64,000 nucleotides of DNA from Auanema rhodensis (taxonomy: Eukaryota; Animalia; Nematoda), in the NCBI GenBank assembly GCA_964057225.1, contig OZ059895.1, positions 8,060,001-8,124,000 of the forward strand, given 5' to 3'. The position numbers were made by a program, and so were the translations under genes. The notes below the pieces were generated by a model. It was not told the DNA's origin. It made no database searches and worked only from the letters and a program-made list of their open reading frames with translations. This document shows positions 1 through 15,202 of the stretch, in pieces; within the stretch, counting starts at the first letter, position 1, and every line of letters starts with the position of its first letter.

Positions 1-279
1 CTGAACCAGCTTCGAATATGGACAAATGCATTCAAGTTGACGAAAAAAAAACTGAATTGTGCTGAAGCACGTTGTCTATCCTTGAATCTACGTTCTCTCG
101 TTTTTGAAAGCGCCCCGATTGGAAATTTTCAAATTTTGACAGATAGACAAGAAAGAAAAGGACTCCTATTTTCTGGAAGAAGTCTGAAAATGAACTGATT
201 GTTTGTTTTGTCCCATGCTTACCCTCTCATACTACATACGTTATCTCTAGTCCCTGTTAACCTTTTGCAAAAATCTCTT

Positions 280-281
<2 letters not shown>

Positions 282-322
<41 letters not shown>
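282..322. repeat. (TC)n microsatellite
   Basis: Pure TC dinucleotide run read directly. Confidence 0.95.
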
Positions 323-326
<4 letters not shown>

Positions 327-2194
327 CTCTTGCTATATCTCATAACCTCGTTTATTTTATGCCTTATACCTCAATCTGTTATGGTATTTTTTCGATTTTC
401 TCACATTAACTAGAACTGGATGCATTGAATAGCCAGACAATATAATCTATGCTCTAGAAGTTTGAAGAGCTGGAACTCTCATTGAACTTTTCTCCCAGCT
501 GTTCGTTTATGAGAAACAGAGAAAAAATACTGATGAATGCTCTGTTTGATGTTATAGAAAAAAGGAAAATTGATCAATGTTTTTAAATATCTGGGAACTT
601 TCAAGGAATATATTAATATCAGAATCTTGAACAGTGAATTATGTTTGTTACATGTAAATTAAAATAAACTATAGATGAATTATTAATTATAGTTTAAAGA
701 GAGAAGATGAAAAATGACGTCATATAAGGTTATATTGTCATTGAAGTTGATCAGAATATTGAGAGAGAAATAGAGAGAGAGATTTGTATATTATGCTCAG
801 AGTGGGAGAAAGAAAGTGGGAGAAAGAAGGATGATCGACTGATAACCGGTACGATCATAAGCAGAATAACGGATAGAAGAAATGTATTAATAAGTAAAAG
901 CTAATAAAATAGAAAATAATATTCAAAAAAGAATATTATGAGGAGAGGAGTAGAACAACGATAAGATAGTCAAAAATGAAAAAAATATGATTTTGGATAC
1001 TGAAATGCTGTTAAGGATAAATACAGAATATTATCTGATGATGAAAGACTAATAGAAAAATTCTGAAGGAAGAGCCCATCTAATAGAAGTGATGCTAAAA
1101 TGGAGACAGCAACCCAATCTATCGAGATTGACAAGGACGATGAAGAGAATTGAGGAGGGGGGGGGGGAGGCTGTTCAATTCTGGATTCTGTTGATGATCC
1201 TCGGTGGCTCAGTCTCTTTTTTGTTTTCAGAATCTTGCTCTCTCTCTCATGCTGTATTTTCCCATCTACAATATTCTGATGTCTTCATTTCCAGTCTCTG
1301 AATGAGTTGGATAGAGAAAAGATCAGAAGAGCACAGGAAGGTGAACCACAGAATTAACCCTTTGGGATATTTCGCTTTGCTCTGTTTCTCTATTGGCCTC
1401 TCTAGTTTCTGTATCTTCAGCTCTTCCTAAGCAAAGAAAAACAGAAATAGATCAAATTATGGCAGAAAACGGAGTCAAAAGGCTAGAATAAGAATAGATG
1501 AAAAGAAAATATGAGATAAATCAAAGAGGGAAGGAGGGAGTAGAATTAGGAAAGGAGGGAGTAGAATAGAACGACAAACGATAAGACAGGTAGAAAGGAG
1601 CAGCAAGAGACATACAGAGAATGAAGATGAAGAACGGGGGGTGTTCCAGGTCCAGACTGGAAGGCTGTTAGTTGAAGCACGAAAAACGGACCGGTTTCGG
1701 TCCTGAACGCAGAAAGCAAACAGCTCAAGCCACAGAAGAGACCTCTCCGATGGAAAAAAAGAGAAAGGTCAAAGTGAATGATCAAGCTAGCTAAGTGGAA
1801 CGTTCTGAGAAGGCAACATTCTCGAATTATTGTGTTGTCATTCAATCTTTAGAGATCAGTGAATAAGCAGTAGCACAGATTCTCCAAGATAAGAAATGAG
1901 TGAAATGCTCAAAAATCATTTTTTTTTATTTTCTTCATAAAAATGAAATGGTTCATAATAATAGTTACCGCATGAGTACAAACTTGCAGTTGATGCAAGA
2001 TGAGAAGCATCATAATTCACAATCACAAGTAGTCAAAGAAGCTTTCGTCCAATCAAAAATAAAAATAGTACGATGACGTTTAGGGCTTTCAACACATGAT
2101 TTATATGTAAAAGATGATGACGTGAGATTGTCACGTAAACAGTACACATAAAATTAGAATAATGCGAGAAATGAATGACAAAGACGAAGGTGAA

Positions 2195-2204
2195 AGAGAG
2201 AGAG

Positions 2205-2267
<63 letters not shown>

Positions 2268-2270
2268 TAG
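2195..2270. repeat. (AG)n/(AGAT)n compound microsatellite
   Basis: Direct reading; explains the spurious SLSL ORFs. Confidence 0.9.
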
Positions 2271-5200
2271 AAATAATATAGAGATTATAGAGATTGATAG
2301 AGAAATGGAAAAGAAGGTAAAAAAGATTTTTGTGATCAAAGTTCAAAATTATTATATTTCTTCTATCAATACATTGATACATATAGAGATAGTTGTGTAT
2401 ATATGTATGTATGTGCGTATGCATATGTATGTGCTTACATTGAAAAACGTAAAATTTGATTTCAATCCTTCAATATGCTCAAAAGATTTTATATATTATA
2501 TATACATAAATTGATTTTTTTTTAATTGAAAAAATAATAATAAATATGCATATAGATGGGAAATATTGATAGTATTAGTTATGATTGACTACATATTTTC
2601 ATTATAAACATAATATTCATATTGAAACATTGAAAGTAAAAAAACAAAAAAAAAGATGTTTGGAATATGAATTTTGCATATAACGCAAATATGAAAAATA
2701 GTTATGTAAACTTATATTTAATAGTAATAGTGAGATAAAGTTTATGCAACCTACCTGTATGTATGTATTTATCGAACATACAAATTGATATTTTTGAAAA
2801 ATTTATATGTTCAAATTCAAAGGATGATGCAATAAATATTTGAAAGTAGTTATATGGCTATAATAGCTTTTTTAGTTAAATTATGGGGCTACATGATCAT
2901 TGGTAAACTTCAAAGTTCTTGTATAATTTGGAGTGTCTTATCACACTGTCTGATTTGAGAAAATAAATATTTTAAGAGATTTTTGACTAAGAATATGATA
3001 ATAAGGGGGGAGGAAGAGGATAGGAAGAGAGAAAGAGGAAGAATGATAGATGAATGTGAGGGACAACAGACAGATAGTGAAATGAAGTTTGAATGGAATT
3101 AGAGAACGCAAAACAGACTATGAATAGACTGTAATGTTGATGTTGTTGCTTTTCTGAGCATTGTATGATATGGATAGAAATGAAGTCAGATGACAAGCTA
3201 CAAGCTATGCTCTAGTCAGAATACCGGAAACTTCAGTTCTCGTATGCTTTAGATACTACCTTAATTACAATCATGTGTGAGAAGAAGTGAACGTTGTGAT
3301 AAGATAAATCAGAGAATGAAATCAATGTTTTGAAGAAAAGTAGAAGAATAAATTATTAGATTATGTGAATAATAAATAAATAAATATATAATATGTATTT
3401 GAAAAAGAATAGAAGATATACATAAATTATGAGATGATATTTAAGAAGAAAAAACTTAAATTTAGTCTTATTTTTCGGAAAAAAATATAATATAAGATTT
3501 AGTTTAAGGAATGGTAATTGATCATAATGATATACATATATAAATATTTGAAGAGATCAAAAAAAAGAAAAAAAGGGATAGAATATAAAAATATAATAGA
3601 TATCAAGACAACATATTGAAAAGAAATAGAACTATATTGATAGATAGAAAGAGAAAGAGTGAGAGAGATAAAGAGAGAGAGAGAGAAAGAGAGAAAGATA
3701 TGAACATACATACATGCAATGAGGGTTAAAGGCAATAATAAAAGAATAAGTGATAAAAGGGGAGAGGTGGGAAACGCATCCGGTCTACGAATATGGTTAA
3801 TTGAAAAGTTCAACAAAACGAAGAAAGAGGATGCTATCAAACTTGTCTGTTATCATATGAACATAATTTCAATAGAAATAGTATAGTTAGAATAGAGTGA
3901 TGTATGTTAGAGTTAAAGTTTTAAATGAAAAGGGAAGTGAGAATCAAAGCATTATCTCACTCACAATGATCAAACATGAAGAAAGATAAATTTTTGTGAC
4001 ATAACTGTGCTTATAACCTTTCTTCGTATTCTTATTGACTAAACATACTTTAATAATATAAAACAGTCAGTTTATGGAATGGAAATCGTTTTAGAACCAA
4101 TTCTCTTTTTCTTCTTTTATTTTTCAATTTTCAAAAAAAAAATGTGAAAACGATCAGAGGTTGTAACGCACTGATATAGATAACAGAGAAGACAGTGAAT
4201 TTCAAAGAAAGATTCAAAGATGAATTGAAAGAGAGAGAGACATGAAATCATGACGCATGTTAAGTTCTCAAAATGAAATTTATGAAGTCCTCACCTTTAA
4301 TATTTAATGATAAGACTACGGATTTACAGATAGGCAGTAGCTACTGATCGTTCGATCGCCTAATTTTAGATTTTTTTCTCATATTGTCTGTCTATCTAAT
4401 CAAGTATACTCTCTCACACTTTCTCTCTCTCTTTCTCTTCCTCTCTCACTTTCTTTCTCTCTATTTTACTCCCCCTCTCTTTCTCCGTTTCTCTCTCTCT
4501 CTCTATCTCGAATTGACATGAATGAGCTTTACACGAAATTTTGTAGTTAAAAAGCATGTGATATTGTCATATTGTTTGCAGAAAAGTTAAAGAAATTGAA
4601 AACTATCCGCAAGCTGATAAATGCTATAGTGCAAACTATAATACACAAAACAGTTTTTAAATTGATTTGAAAAATAACGAATTATTTGAAAATAATTATT
4701 AAGAAAGCAAATATATTCTGAAAAATAGAAATATTTCTAGATATAATCAGACAAATATAGATTTAACTTTATTAAATAAAAATGTTATAAAACTATATAT
4801 TAAATTGAAACAAATAGTATTGGCATGCATTTCTGTTCGTGTACCTGGGTGTGGTCCGGAAAAACCCGGAAACAGCAAGGTCCGAGCAGATCTGCTGTTA
4901 ATTTGCGATTATTGAGGAATTTGTACTTATCTCTATAATAAATATTCAGAAAATGTTTGTAATGATTGATCATCAATAAAATGAGTAATAGATTGAATTG
5001 CTAACTAGATAGATATATACATATGTACTTCATATAGAATATAATTTGCAGATTTATTCTTCGTTCATATGGAACATCTTTTAGATTTCTCACATTCTTT
5101 GTAATAATAAATTAGATGATCGGAGATATAAATCATACATGTATAAAGGTAAATTAATAGAATTTATACATAGAAATCAAATATAATTTTTGAAAAAAAG

Positions 5201-8200
5201 AGAAAAAAGAAATTAAAGACCATTGTTAAACAAGACGAAAAGTTTAAAAAAACTTGAAGAAATCTGTAAAAAGAATAAAAGAAACAAATATATCTAACTC
5301 CTGTGTTTGGTATGTTATGTATGAATGTATAGGCTTCCAAGAAAATTATCAGATATTGTTAAATTATTTCAATAACATAGTTTACGTACAGCCTATTAAC
5401 TATACACATATATGGGAAAAAAAGGAATTTCCTTTCCCGTTTCCTTTCTTCTTTCCTCTCTCCTATGCTCCTGTTCCTTTACTCCTCCCTCTCATTCCCC
5501 TCATCTGAGAAAAAGGCGCATATGTTATAGAAATAGATAAAATAATATATAATATATGTAAATAAATATATTAGATATTAGTATAAAATATAAAAATAAT
5601 AATATATAAAGAATAAGAAAAAATGCTGCTTACTCATGTGCTCAATTAAAAGGTGTAAGCGAAAGAGAGAAAAAAAAGGAAAAGAAAACACAATCAGTTT
5701 TTCTTGAATAATGAGAAATAAAATAATTAGATATTACTATATCTAGTCCTATCTATATGTATATACATTCTAAATATAGTAAGTACTCAATGTATAGTTA
5801 ATATAATAGGAAAACATTAAAAATAAATTAACTAAATTAAGTTTTAAAAGATTTTCAAGTTGTAATCATTAACCTAAAATATAAAAATATTTTTCCTAAT
5901 CAAATACTTAGAGATACATTCATATGCCATTATGCTTTAATTTTTTTTTAAATAAAAAAATAAATTTTATGATACAGAAATAATAAAATTTTGGAATAAA
6001 ATTAGGAAAAATATAGAAAAACAAAATCTATTTTTAGAAATATAAACATATATAGATAATGGATATATATAATATTTAGAATATCTTTAAAAATATGTTT
6101 TTATTTTTTTAAATGAAAGTATAGATACGAAGAAATTTTGAAAAGTTTGATATGAGGCACATGAAAAACACGTGTTTAAGCTGTTAAGTTATAAGTTTTG
6201 AATATGATGTAAGTATGATGTTTTAGGATATTTCGAAGAGCACTGGAAGTAAAGCTTTTGATAAAGAGAGAGAGAGAGAGGAAAGGATTGGAAGAGAAAG
6301 AGATAAAGAGGAAGAGCGAGAGAGGGACGAGTTGGAGAAGGATCGCCGCATTCGTAAAGTTAAGCTCTCATCTCCGTTGTCAAGGTTCATGCTTCTGGAC
6401 ACAATGCTACATCTAAACTAACAAATCAATAAGCTACCGCTTGAATCAGGAGCATCACAATAAGTGGAAACTTTAGATAAAGAACAATACAAAGATTTAA
6501 ACTGTGATTATTGAGTATCTCAGCATCAGCTACATACATACATAGATACATATCTATATGTATATGTATATACATAAAGTAAAACAATAACGTCAATATC
6601 AGCTTCAAGTTTCTTGTCTTGTTAGGCTTGTTTTGATTTTTTTACTTTCAAACTTCGGATTTCGGATGTCGCTTATGAAACCTTAGTTTCATTCATGTTT
6701 ACAAGAATTTTAAAAATAATTCGATTTATATTTGCTTTTCACAAATAGTTGTGAATTTGAGACAAAAATAAGATTTATATATAAAGATTTCAACACAAAT
6801 CACCTATTCTTCTTTAAAGAATTCGTATAGAAAATGTGATACAGTTTATGTAAATATAATAATTTAAATAAAAATAGAAGAAGAAAATAAAAAAATTTTA
6901 AAAGAAATTTAACAAAATATTTTGTAAATAAATTTTTTTTTTAAAAATAGAATAAAAGAAATATTTATATACATATATAGATAGATGTATATATAAATTT
7001 TAAATAAGAACTGAATTAAACAGGAAAATATTGAAAACAAGTGATGGTGAAGGTATGGGTTAATATCTTATCACATGCTGTTATCTTAATTGTCAGTAGA
7101 AGAAGAAGCAATATGAGTTTGAGCTAAAAATATGTGAAAAAGAGACAATTATGAAGAGTCTCAGAAATATATTCTTATCTTTGTTTATATTTATATAAAA
7201 AAAATTATATTTTTAAAAATAAAAATATAAATATGTATATATACATATATATAACTAACTATATGTATCTTTATAGTGTTATAGTTCAATAACATGATGA
7301 TTGATGCTACTAATATCGACATAATGTAGTATACATATGTATATATGTATGCTGTATATGCTAATAAAGGTCATAAATATAATATTAAAACTTGGAAAAA
7401 TATTTATTTTTTGATTAAATAATTATAATTAAAAGATTATTCCTTATAAGGTCATATTATATATATATATATATTATTATTACTATTATAACTATTAATT
7501 AAAAATTATTTTTATTTATTTTTATAAATTTAATGAAACTAATTATTTATTGTATCTAATATACATACATATATCATATTTTCTTTATTTATACTAATTA
7601 TTATAATTAGTAAATACTATACATACATATATAGTATTCATTAGAAATCCTTGTAGCTTCATTATGTGACCCTCGACTAATTGGGCATTTCTAAGCACTA
7701 AATCATGCAACTTGCCATTCAAACTTTGCTCAATGGCTCTCAATCTCTCAGTTTTCTCTCTATTTTCTCTTTTGCTCATATCTGAAGCGGAAGGACAAAG
7801 TTTACTGATCGTTGCCTGCTTAATCCTCTTTTTTCAAAACCAACGTATGCAACTTTCAAATGACTGTACATGGGCGTAAGTCTTTTATCATATAAACTGA
7901 AAAAAAACGGAACTGTTGAAGAACGAGTCATAATGTGAGAGTTAGAGAAGGTAGGATTGATGAAAACAGTTGAGTGGCAAAGGCAAGTTGAACGTTTAAT
8001 AGAGATGAAAGGTCGGTGTAGTTGTCATCAGAGCTGACGATGAGCTGATATAAACTATCGAAGTTCAATGTTGTGACCTTTACCAGCATGACTCAGATAA
8101 GGTATTAACATGCTCAAACAATTTTATTGATGAATTTTATTGACAAAAGAAAATATGAAGATATTTTAAAGCATTAATTGTTTTTTTGAATATTTATTTC

Positions 8201-9760
8201 TGTTTTTTGGCCTCTTAACTGTTCTATAAGTATACATATGTACAAGAGTAAATAGAAAGAAATTGAAAAGAATGAAAAATAAATAAAAGAACAATGCTAA
8301 CTAGAAGTTTTCTGTTAGTTTTCAGCATTTTACCTATTTTATAATAACTTACATCAACTTATGATACCTTTTAAAATATTTTTTTAGTATTATCTATACA
8401 ATTGATATTTATATATTATATCATATAAGTACGTAAAATTTTAAAAAATACAAAATATTTTCAAATGATTTAGTCAAATATTTATTATTTTAAATTATAA
8501 ATAATCAACACTTCAACTGTTTATTTTTTTAAAATTACATCTATACATATTGAATTGCTTATATAATATTTATTTTATAATTGATTTATAAATTATTTAT
8601 TTGTTAAAATTTTGTATATTTTTCTTGAGCTTTATGAAACATTAAAACAAAATTACAAGAGATTTTCTAGATTATGGGAGATGTATAACACCAACCGTTC
8701 ATCACGTCATTTATTTCAAAAATATTTTTTTATAATAGATTTTCACGTATATGACGTGAAAATTAAAAAAATTAATTAAGACATCTGTTCAGTTGATCAA
8801 ATTTTAAAGAAAAATATTTGTTGTGCCTTTCTTTTGAAATTTTTTTCTTTTTTTTTTTCAGAAAATTTTTTTAGAAAAAAATCATTTTTTCTTTAAGTTA
8901 GCTGCACGATAGATGAGCTCTTGAAGTCAAGTCAATTGACATCTCCCTCCCTCATCATCATCTGACGTTTCTCACTCTTCTTTTCTCAGCTCCTCAGAAA
9001 TTTCTATTTCAGATTCAATCGCTTTTCCTCACATCTTTCAATATGTATTTTTTATAAAAACTTTGACTTGTTGTAGAAAGTTTTTTGTTTTTTTCTGTCA
9101 CTTTCTCTTGTCTTATTCGAATATTTTCTTTTTAGCCAGATGCTCGTTCAGATGCAAAATATTAGATTTTCATAGTTATTTATAGTTTTATTTCGATTCT
9201 TCACAAATCATTATTGTTCCCAATTTATAAAACAAAATACAAACATTCTGAAGTTAAAAACAATTGGTGTTGGGCTGTAAAAGAGGAAAAGCTAAAAGAT
9301 ATATATGAAAATAATATTCATCTATTACATTAGATCCGATTAGCATCCCCAAATATTCATTTCATTTCTTAATCTTTAGCAGATTTCCCTTTGTTACAAT
9401 TTTATTTTAAATATATATATTGTATAATTAATATAATATTGATTAGATTAAAAACATAAATATTAATGAAAATCTGACTGAATTAGCTTCAAATATAGGA
9501 AAAGCAAAAAAAAAATTTTTTTTTCTTAAATGTCTTCACGGGAAGCATGTTGTCAACATGCACATCAACCCTCACATGTCGTTCTTCATACTTCTCTGAT
9601 CTATTCATAGCTTTTTCTCCTTTCAAATTCATTGTGAAAATCTTTACACAATCTGTTTTGTTTTTATTCAGCATTCTTCAAGAATATTCGTAAAGTGCTT
9701 GAGCGTAGGCAAGATTTTATAGCCATTTTGGTCATTTGATTGAATATACGCATATACATC

Positions 9761-9763
<3 letters not shown>

Positions 9764-9853
<90 letters not shown>
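9764..9853. repeat. (AT)~45 microsatellite
   Basis: Uninterrupted AT run of about 90 nt. Confidence 0.95.
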
Positions 9854-9856
<3 letters not shown>

Positions 9857-12709
9857 TAAATATATAATTTGTATATATTTATATTTATTGTTAAATTACG
9901 AAAATAATTTTTACATCGTTGAAAAGCTGAGAAAAAAAACATTTTTCTTGGCATTATTCCACATATTTCATTCTCTATTGTAGCATGAACGACGTGAACT
10001 ATATGTACATATACATATGCATATGAAGGAAAAAGAGACATTAGAAAGCGAGAATTTCGGTGTTATTTTTCTTATTTCGCTTCATTTGTCTCCCTCGTTT
10101 TCCTTTTCTCATATATCGCCCATAATTTGCCCTCAGGTTATTCTGAAATACATACTACATATGTCTTGTGTTCTTCATAATATAAAATTATTATTTTCTC
10201 ATAATTCAGTTGTCTTATATGCTTTTTCGATAAAATTTTAATTTAGAGAAGGAATGTGAGAGAAGAAATCTGAAAAAGAAATGCATTCTCAGAAAAAAGC
10301 CAAGCATTCACGTGACCACATAGTGTATTCATCTTTCGTTAAAGAAAACTTTTAAAAAAGACAATCACCTCTCTTTTTCTATCTTTCTTACTTCATATTC
10401 AGCTTTCATCTCTCCTTCAGAACAAAAGAATTTTTTTACTTTTTCTTTTTTTTTACAAAAAAAAGGTTTTTTGAGACTGAGGTGTTGCCTAATGTTGACG
10501 CCGACGATGTATTAGTCAATAGGCGAGGTCCTTCGACATGCCTTCCTTCACATCTTTCCGAATCATCCAATTTCATTAAAAATTAGATGATTTAGATGTG
10601 TTCATTGATTTAGTAATATATAAATATAGTTGTTTATATATTTTTAAATTAAAAACTTTTTATTCTAACTAAATTACCAAATATATATAATTTGAAGTTT
10701 TGATGAATTTTATATCTCCAAAAAGTATTTTATATATATTTATATATATATGGATAGATTATAACATAGATATATGAATATAGATATAACAATGAATTTA
10801 ATTCTCAAACATCACATATCATATACTTTCAATTGAAATACCTCAACTTTCCAAGAAATGTTACCATGTTAATCTTTTTTCAATTCAACATGCAATCTTT
10901 AAAATTAAAATAAATTTCAATCAGTTTTGTGTTTGTCTAAACTTCAATTATTTTCAAGTTTTTACCAGTTTTCTCAATGATTAACACTGTTACCAATTAC
11001 TTTCAAAACTTTCAACCACAAAAGAACAGAAAACCAAATTTTCAATGTAATTATAGGCAATCATACAACTACTGTCATCTATTTTTAAGCTTTAAAACTT
11101 GTTGTTTTCCTATTTTATATCAAAAATAAAATCTTCAAACATCAAACTTTAATTTCACAAATATATCAACTTCTTCTTCTTCTTCATGCCAATATTTCTT
11201 TTTCATCTTGTCTGGTTTTTTTCTTTTTTTCCCAAACATTGTCGTCGTTCCAATTGTCAATTCAGCTCTTCTTTCTTTTTCTTAACAAAGTTCTTTTCTA
11301 TTCAGAATTTGTGAACTCAACCTTCTTCATTTAATCATTTGATTAACTAAAATACATAAACACGAAGAGAGAATAAAGAAAAGCAAAAGAAGAGAAGTAT
11401 ATATGTATTCTCTTCACTTTACTGATATCAAACTGACATAAACATTTACGAAATTACCTCTCCCTTTTCAATTTTTCTCTTTAACTTTCTTGTTTTAGCT
11501 TATATGTATGTTGAAAACCTAAATAACTGCTTTACATATTTAATCAGTTTCCTTTGACCTTATATTTCCTCATATTGTTGACTCAGAGATACGCTAAACC
11601 TGAAATATGAATCATCTTTTTCCATTGAAACCTTTCGGTGAGTCCCAGCTTTGCTCTGAAACTTTCGCAACTTCTGGAAGAACAATCTTGCATCATCCAC
11701 TTGAATTATATTCATTTCCGTTTTATTCACATTGCTCTATCATCAGCTCATATTTCACCATATTTTATCCATTATAGCCTATCTATATTTTTTTTTCAAA
11801 TACGAATTGACCAGTATAGGTCATGTACGTCAGTTTTAGTCAAACTATTTCATGTTTTTCACATTCAGAGCTCATTCTTCTCTCAGCTTTTTCGTTTTCT
11901 CATACTTACATTTCCCCACTGCGTCTATTCTTTGCCAATTCTCTAGATACTCGTACAAAATATTTTTAGCTTAAAGCATGAGTAAACTGAGAGAAATCCT
12001 GTCGATTTTCAGATGCTATGTGTGACAAAAAGCGGTCATTATACCCCAGCACCCCCCATCCTCACCAAAAAAAAAGAAAAATATTTGAGTAGATGAGTTA
12101 TTTGAATCATTCGTCTCACCTGTTCTCGAGACGTTCAAGCGTCTCCGCTCTAACTCCTTATCTAGCTTGTCTTTGTTGATTCAGCATATGCAAGCGATGA
12201 ACAGTCGAGAAGCCGGAGGAGCAACAGCTTCTGACCAATGACGATGATCTCATTTTTCTCCATCCTGTCCAGTTCAGCGTCCTAAAATGCTGTTTCGTGT
12301 TTAACTTCCAACTTCTTGTCTTCTCATCACTGTTGCTTCCTCTCTCATCCACAGTTTTAGTCCATACTTCATCACTCCAACTGCAATGTGCTGTGTTTAT
12401 CCTATGGAACAGCTTCCTATAACACGATGAGCACTCTTTTGATATCTCTGTTTTTCAAAATTACCCAAAGAAACCCTTTATATCTTATTTTCAAAAAAAA
12501 AAACGCAGTGAATTGTTCCTATGAACTGTGCTACACCAGTAGCATTTGTAGAATCGAACACGTCACTATAAAACTGTTTGATAAGCATTGACTATCTGTC
12601 ATTTAATTTGTCTCAACACCCACTTTTTTTCTGTTTATCTATTCACCATATTATCATACTTGTCTATATTTCTAACCCTACTTCTACACGAATTATCTTT
12701 TTCTATTCC

Positions 12710-12710
12710 C

Positions 12711-12778
<68 letters not shown>

Positions 12779-12787
12779 CTTCCTTTC

Positions 12788-12870
<83 letters not shown>
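12710..12870. repeat. (CT)n/(CTAT)n compound microsatellite
   Basis: Direct reading. Confidence 0.9.
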
Positions 12871-12875
<5 letters not shown>

Positions 12876-15202
12876 CTTCTCTCTCATTTCATTTTCGTAT
12901 TTTCATTCCCAAGTTTTCACAGCCTATTTCGTTAAATTAAATCTGTTCATTCTCTATTTCCCATTTTATATTCCCAAAATTTCGTGAACTTTGATTAATT
13001 TTTAATTTTTTTCAAACTGTAACGCAATTATTTCCTAATCCTATAGTATTTGGCTATACTTAAGATGAAAAGTTTTTTTTATTAATAATTTCATTTTTCT
13101 TTCGCTAAATACGGAGATGCAATTTTTTAAATTGAATGTCAAATGAAAGCCATAGTAGCTGGAGATAAAAGAGTAGGAAGGAAATGAAGTGAGAACTAAT
13201 TCAATAGAAGCTCTAACAAGAAATATAAGTAAGCGAAAAGGCTACTACAATCACACCCGACTATTTTTGTGATCACAAACATTTTTTAACTACAAAAAAA
13301 AAGATAAAAAACTTGCTTCTGTGACTTGGTTTGAGCGTCAGCCTCCGCCTTTGCCTGCCAGGACAGCGAATTTTGACAGAATAACTAATGGCCTTCCTTA
13401 CCCTTGGGAGGTTATTCCTTTTACTCAACAAAGTCTCCTCCTTCCATTCCTGTCCCGCCTCTCTTTCTCTTCTCCTTTTTGCTCTTTCTATTATTCAGTC
13501 ACTGAATATTCTACTTCTTCTTACTCCTTTCTCATTTCATCATCTTCGTTTTTCATTTTTCTTCTCATTTTTCTCATTCCTCTCAATATTTCGACAAAGT
13601 ATTATTTTTCCGTTTCGTAGCCTAGCTGTTTTCTTTATGTTTTTGCATTGTTTCCAAAAGTTATTAAAGATTCAAAATGTTTTCAACTGAAACACTTCAA
13701 AGCATTAAAGACAACTCAAAAGTATAACTGCCCTCCTCATCCTCTCCGCATTTAAGGTTTATGCTATTATTGTTCCGCTTTCAAAGTTTTTTTTGAAACA
13801 TATTCAGAAGCAATAATAGCACTAAAACCTGCATTTCCATCATTTGAAGAAATATATATCCATTTGAAAGAGTTTTTTTTCCTAAATGCGTGTGTTTAAC
13901 TTTAAGAAGCACGACGATTTTGAGCAACAATTACCCATAGTTGAGGTAACGACCGTCTCTATAGAAACGATGACCTATTTGAAAACCAAAACTACGATCG
14001 ACCAATGAGCATTAGGTGTTCTGGACAAATATTTAGCTCACCTTTCACGTATTCAGTCAGATTTCCTCGTTATTCATTGTATTTTCATAGTCCTTCAACA
14101 CTTCCATATTCTCCCATTCTTAATATTTCATTCGCCATTCGAGATGATGACGATAAACGGCGGCAATCTACTCATGAAATACGAGGTTCTGTTCCTATTC
14201 TACTTAATATTCATTTATAAAGCATTCTGACTGCAAATTATAGAATGAGACATTCTTTATAATACTAATGGAGTAATGAGAAGAATTATGAAACGTTCTC
14301 ATTCTCTTGCTGTGGCTCATTTGATGCTCTATCGTAATAATTAACCGCGACGCATACGCTGCGCGTATGGATATTAAACATGCGCCTCTCGATGCCTGTG
14401 TGTGACTTAGAACTGCGGTAGAGAGTCCTTCGATATAGAGTCCTGTATATAAGAGATGTGAGAGGCGAAAACGAGATATAGGTAGGTATAGAGAGAGAGA
14501 GAACAGAGAACGAGAGTTTTACTTCTCTCGGCTTCCTTTGTTTGTCTCGTTTGCGTTCTTGCTCGTCTATATCGCTCATAGAGCCTCTTACCTATCGAGA
14601 CGTCGTGTCGCGCTTTCTGTCGTTGTTAATGTCGATTTGCCTGAAATTTTCAAATTGACCTTTAGGTTCTGTTGTGCAACGATGACGATAACTGTTTTCA
14701 TGATTCGTTTAATATTATTCATAGGAAAGCTTATAAAACGTCTAGTTTTCCACTATTTTAAAATTGTAAATGAGAATCGCCAGTGTGCTCGTATGGGTGT
14801 GAATAAGTCATCACTTTTTCTTTTTCAGTTCATAATGTTCTAATCTTTATTTTTCAAAACCAGCACATAGTCCGAAACAGACAATAGCATTTTTGGAGAA
14901 AATCATAGAGCTAGCAATAGATTTCATAATATACACTTTTTGTTCAATTCTTTTAGCCTGTCTGTTTGATCATAATACTAGCTATATATATCTTTTTCAT
15001 CGGGAAAAGTTAGTTCGCCATAAATTGTATTCTGATCGCTTTTTCAATCTACTGCCAATACAATTTTATTCAAATATGGACAAAAATTATGCTTTTTGAT
15101 CAATTCTATTGTATTTTAATACGATTTGATTGTTCTCATGTTTCTATCGATTTGCTTGAAAGGTATGCTGGTACTGGCGAATCGATTAATACTCATAAAG
15201 TA

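Noticed and set aside
13321-13410. Plus-strand ..PPPLPART..GLPYPWE resembling the start of a WW domain
   Set aside because: No acceptor upstream and no downstream exon supplying the rest of a WW domain; the same bases contain a minus-strand donor
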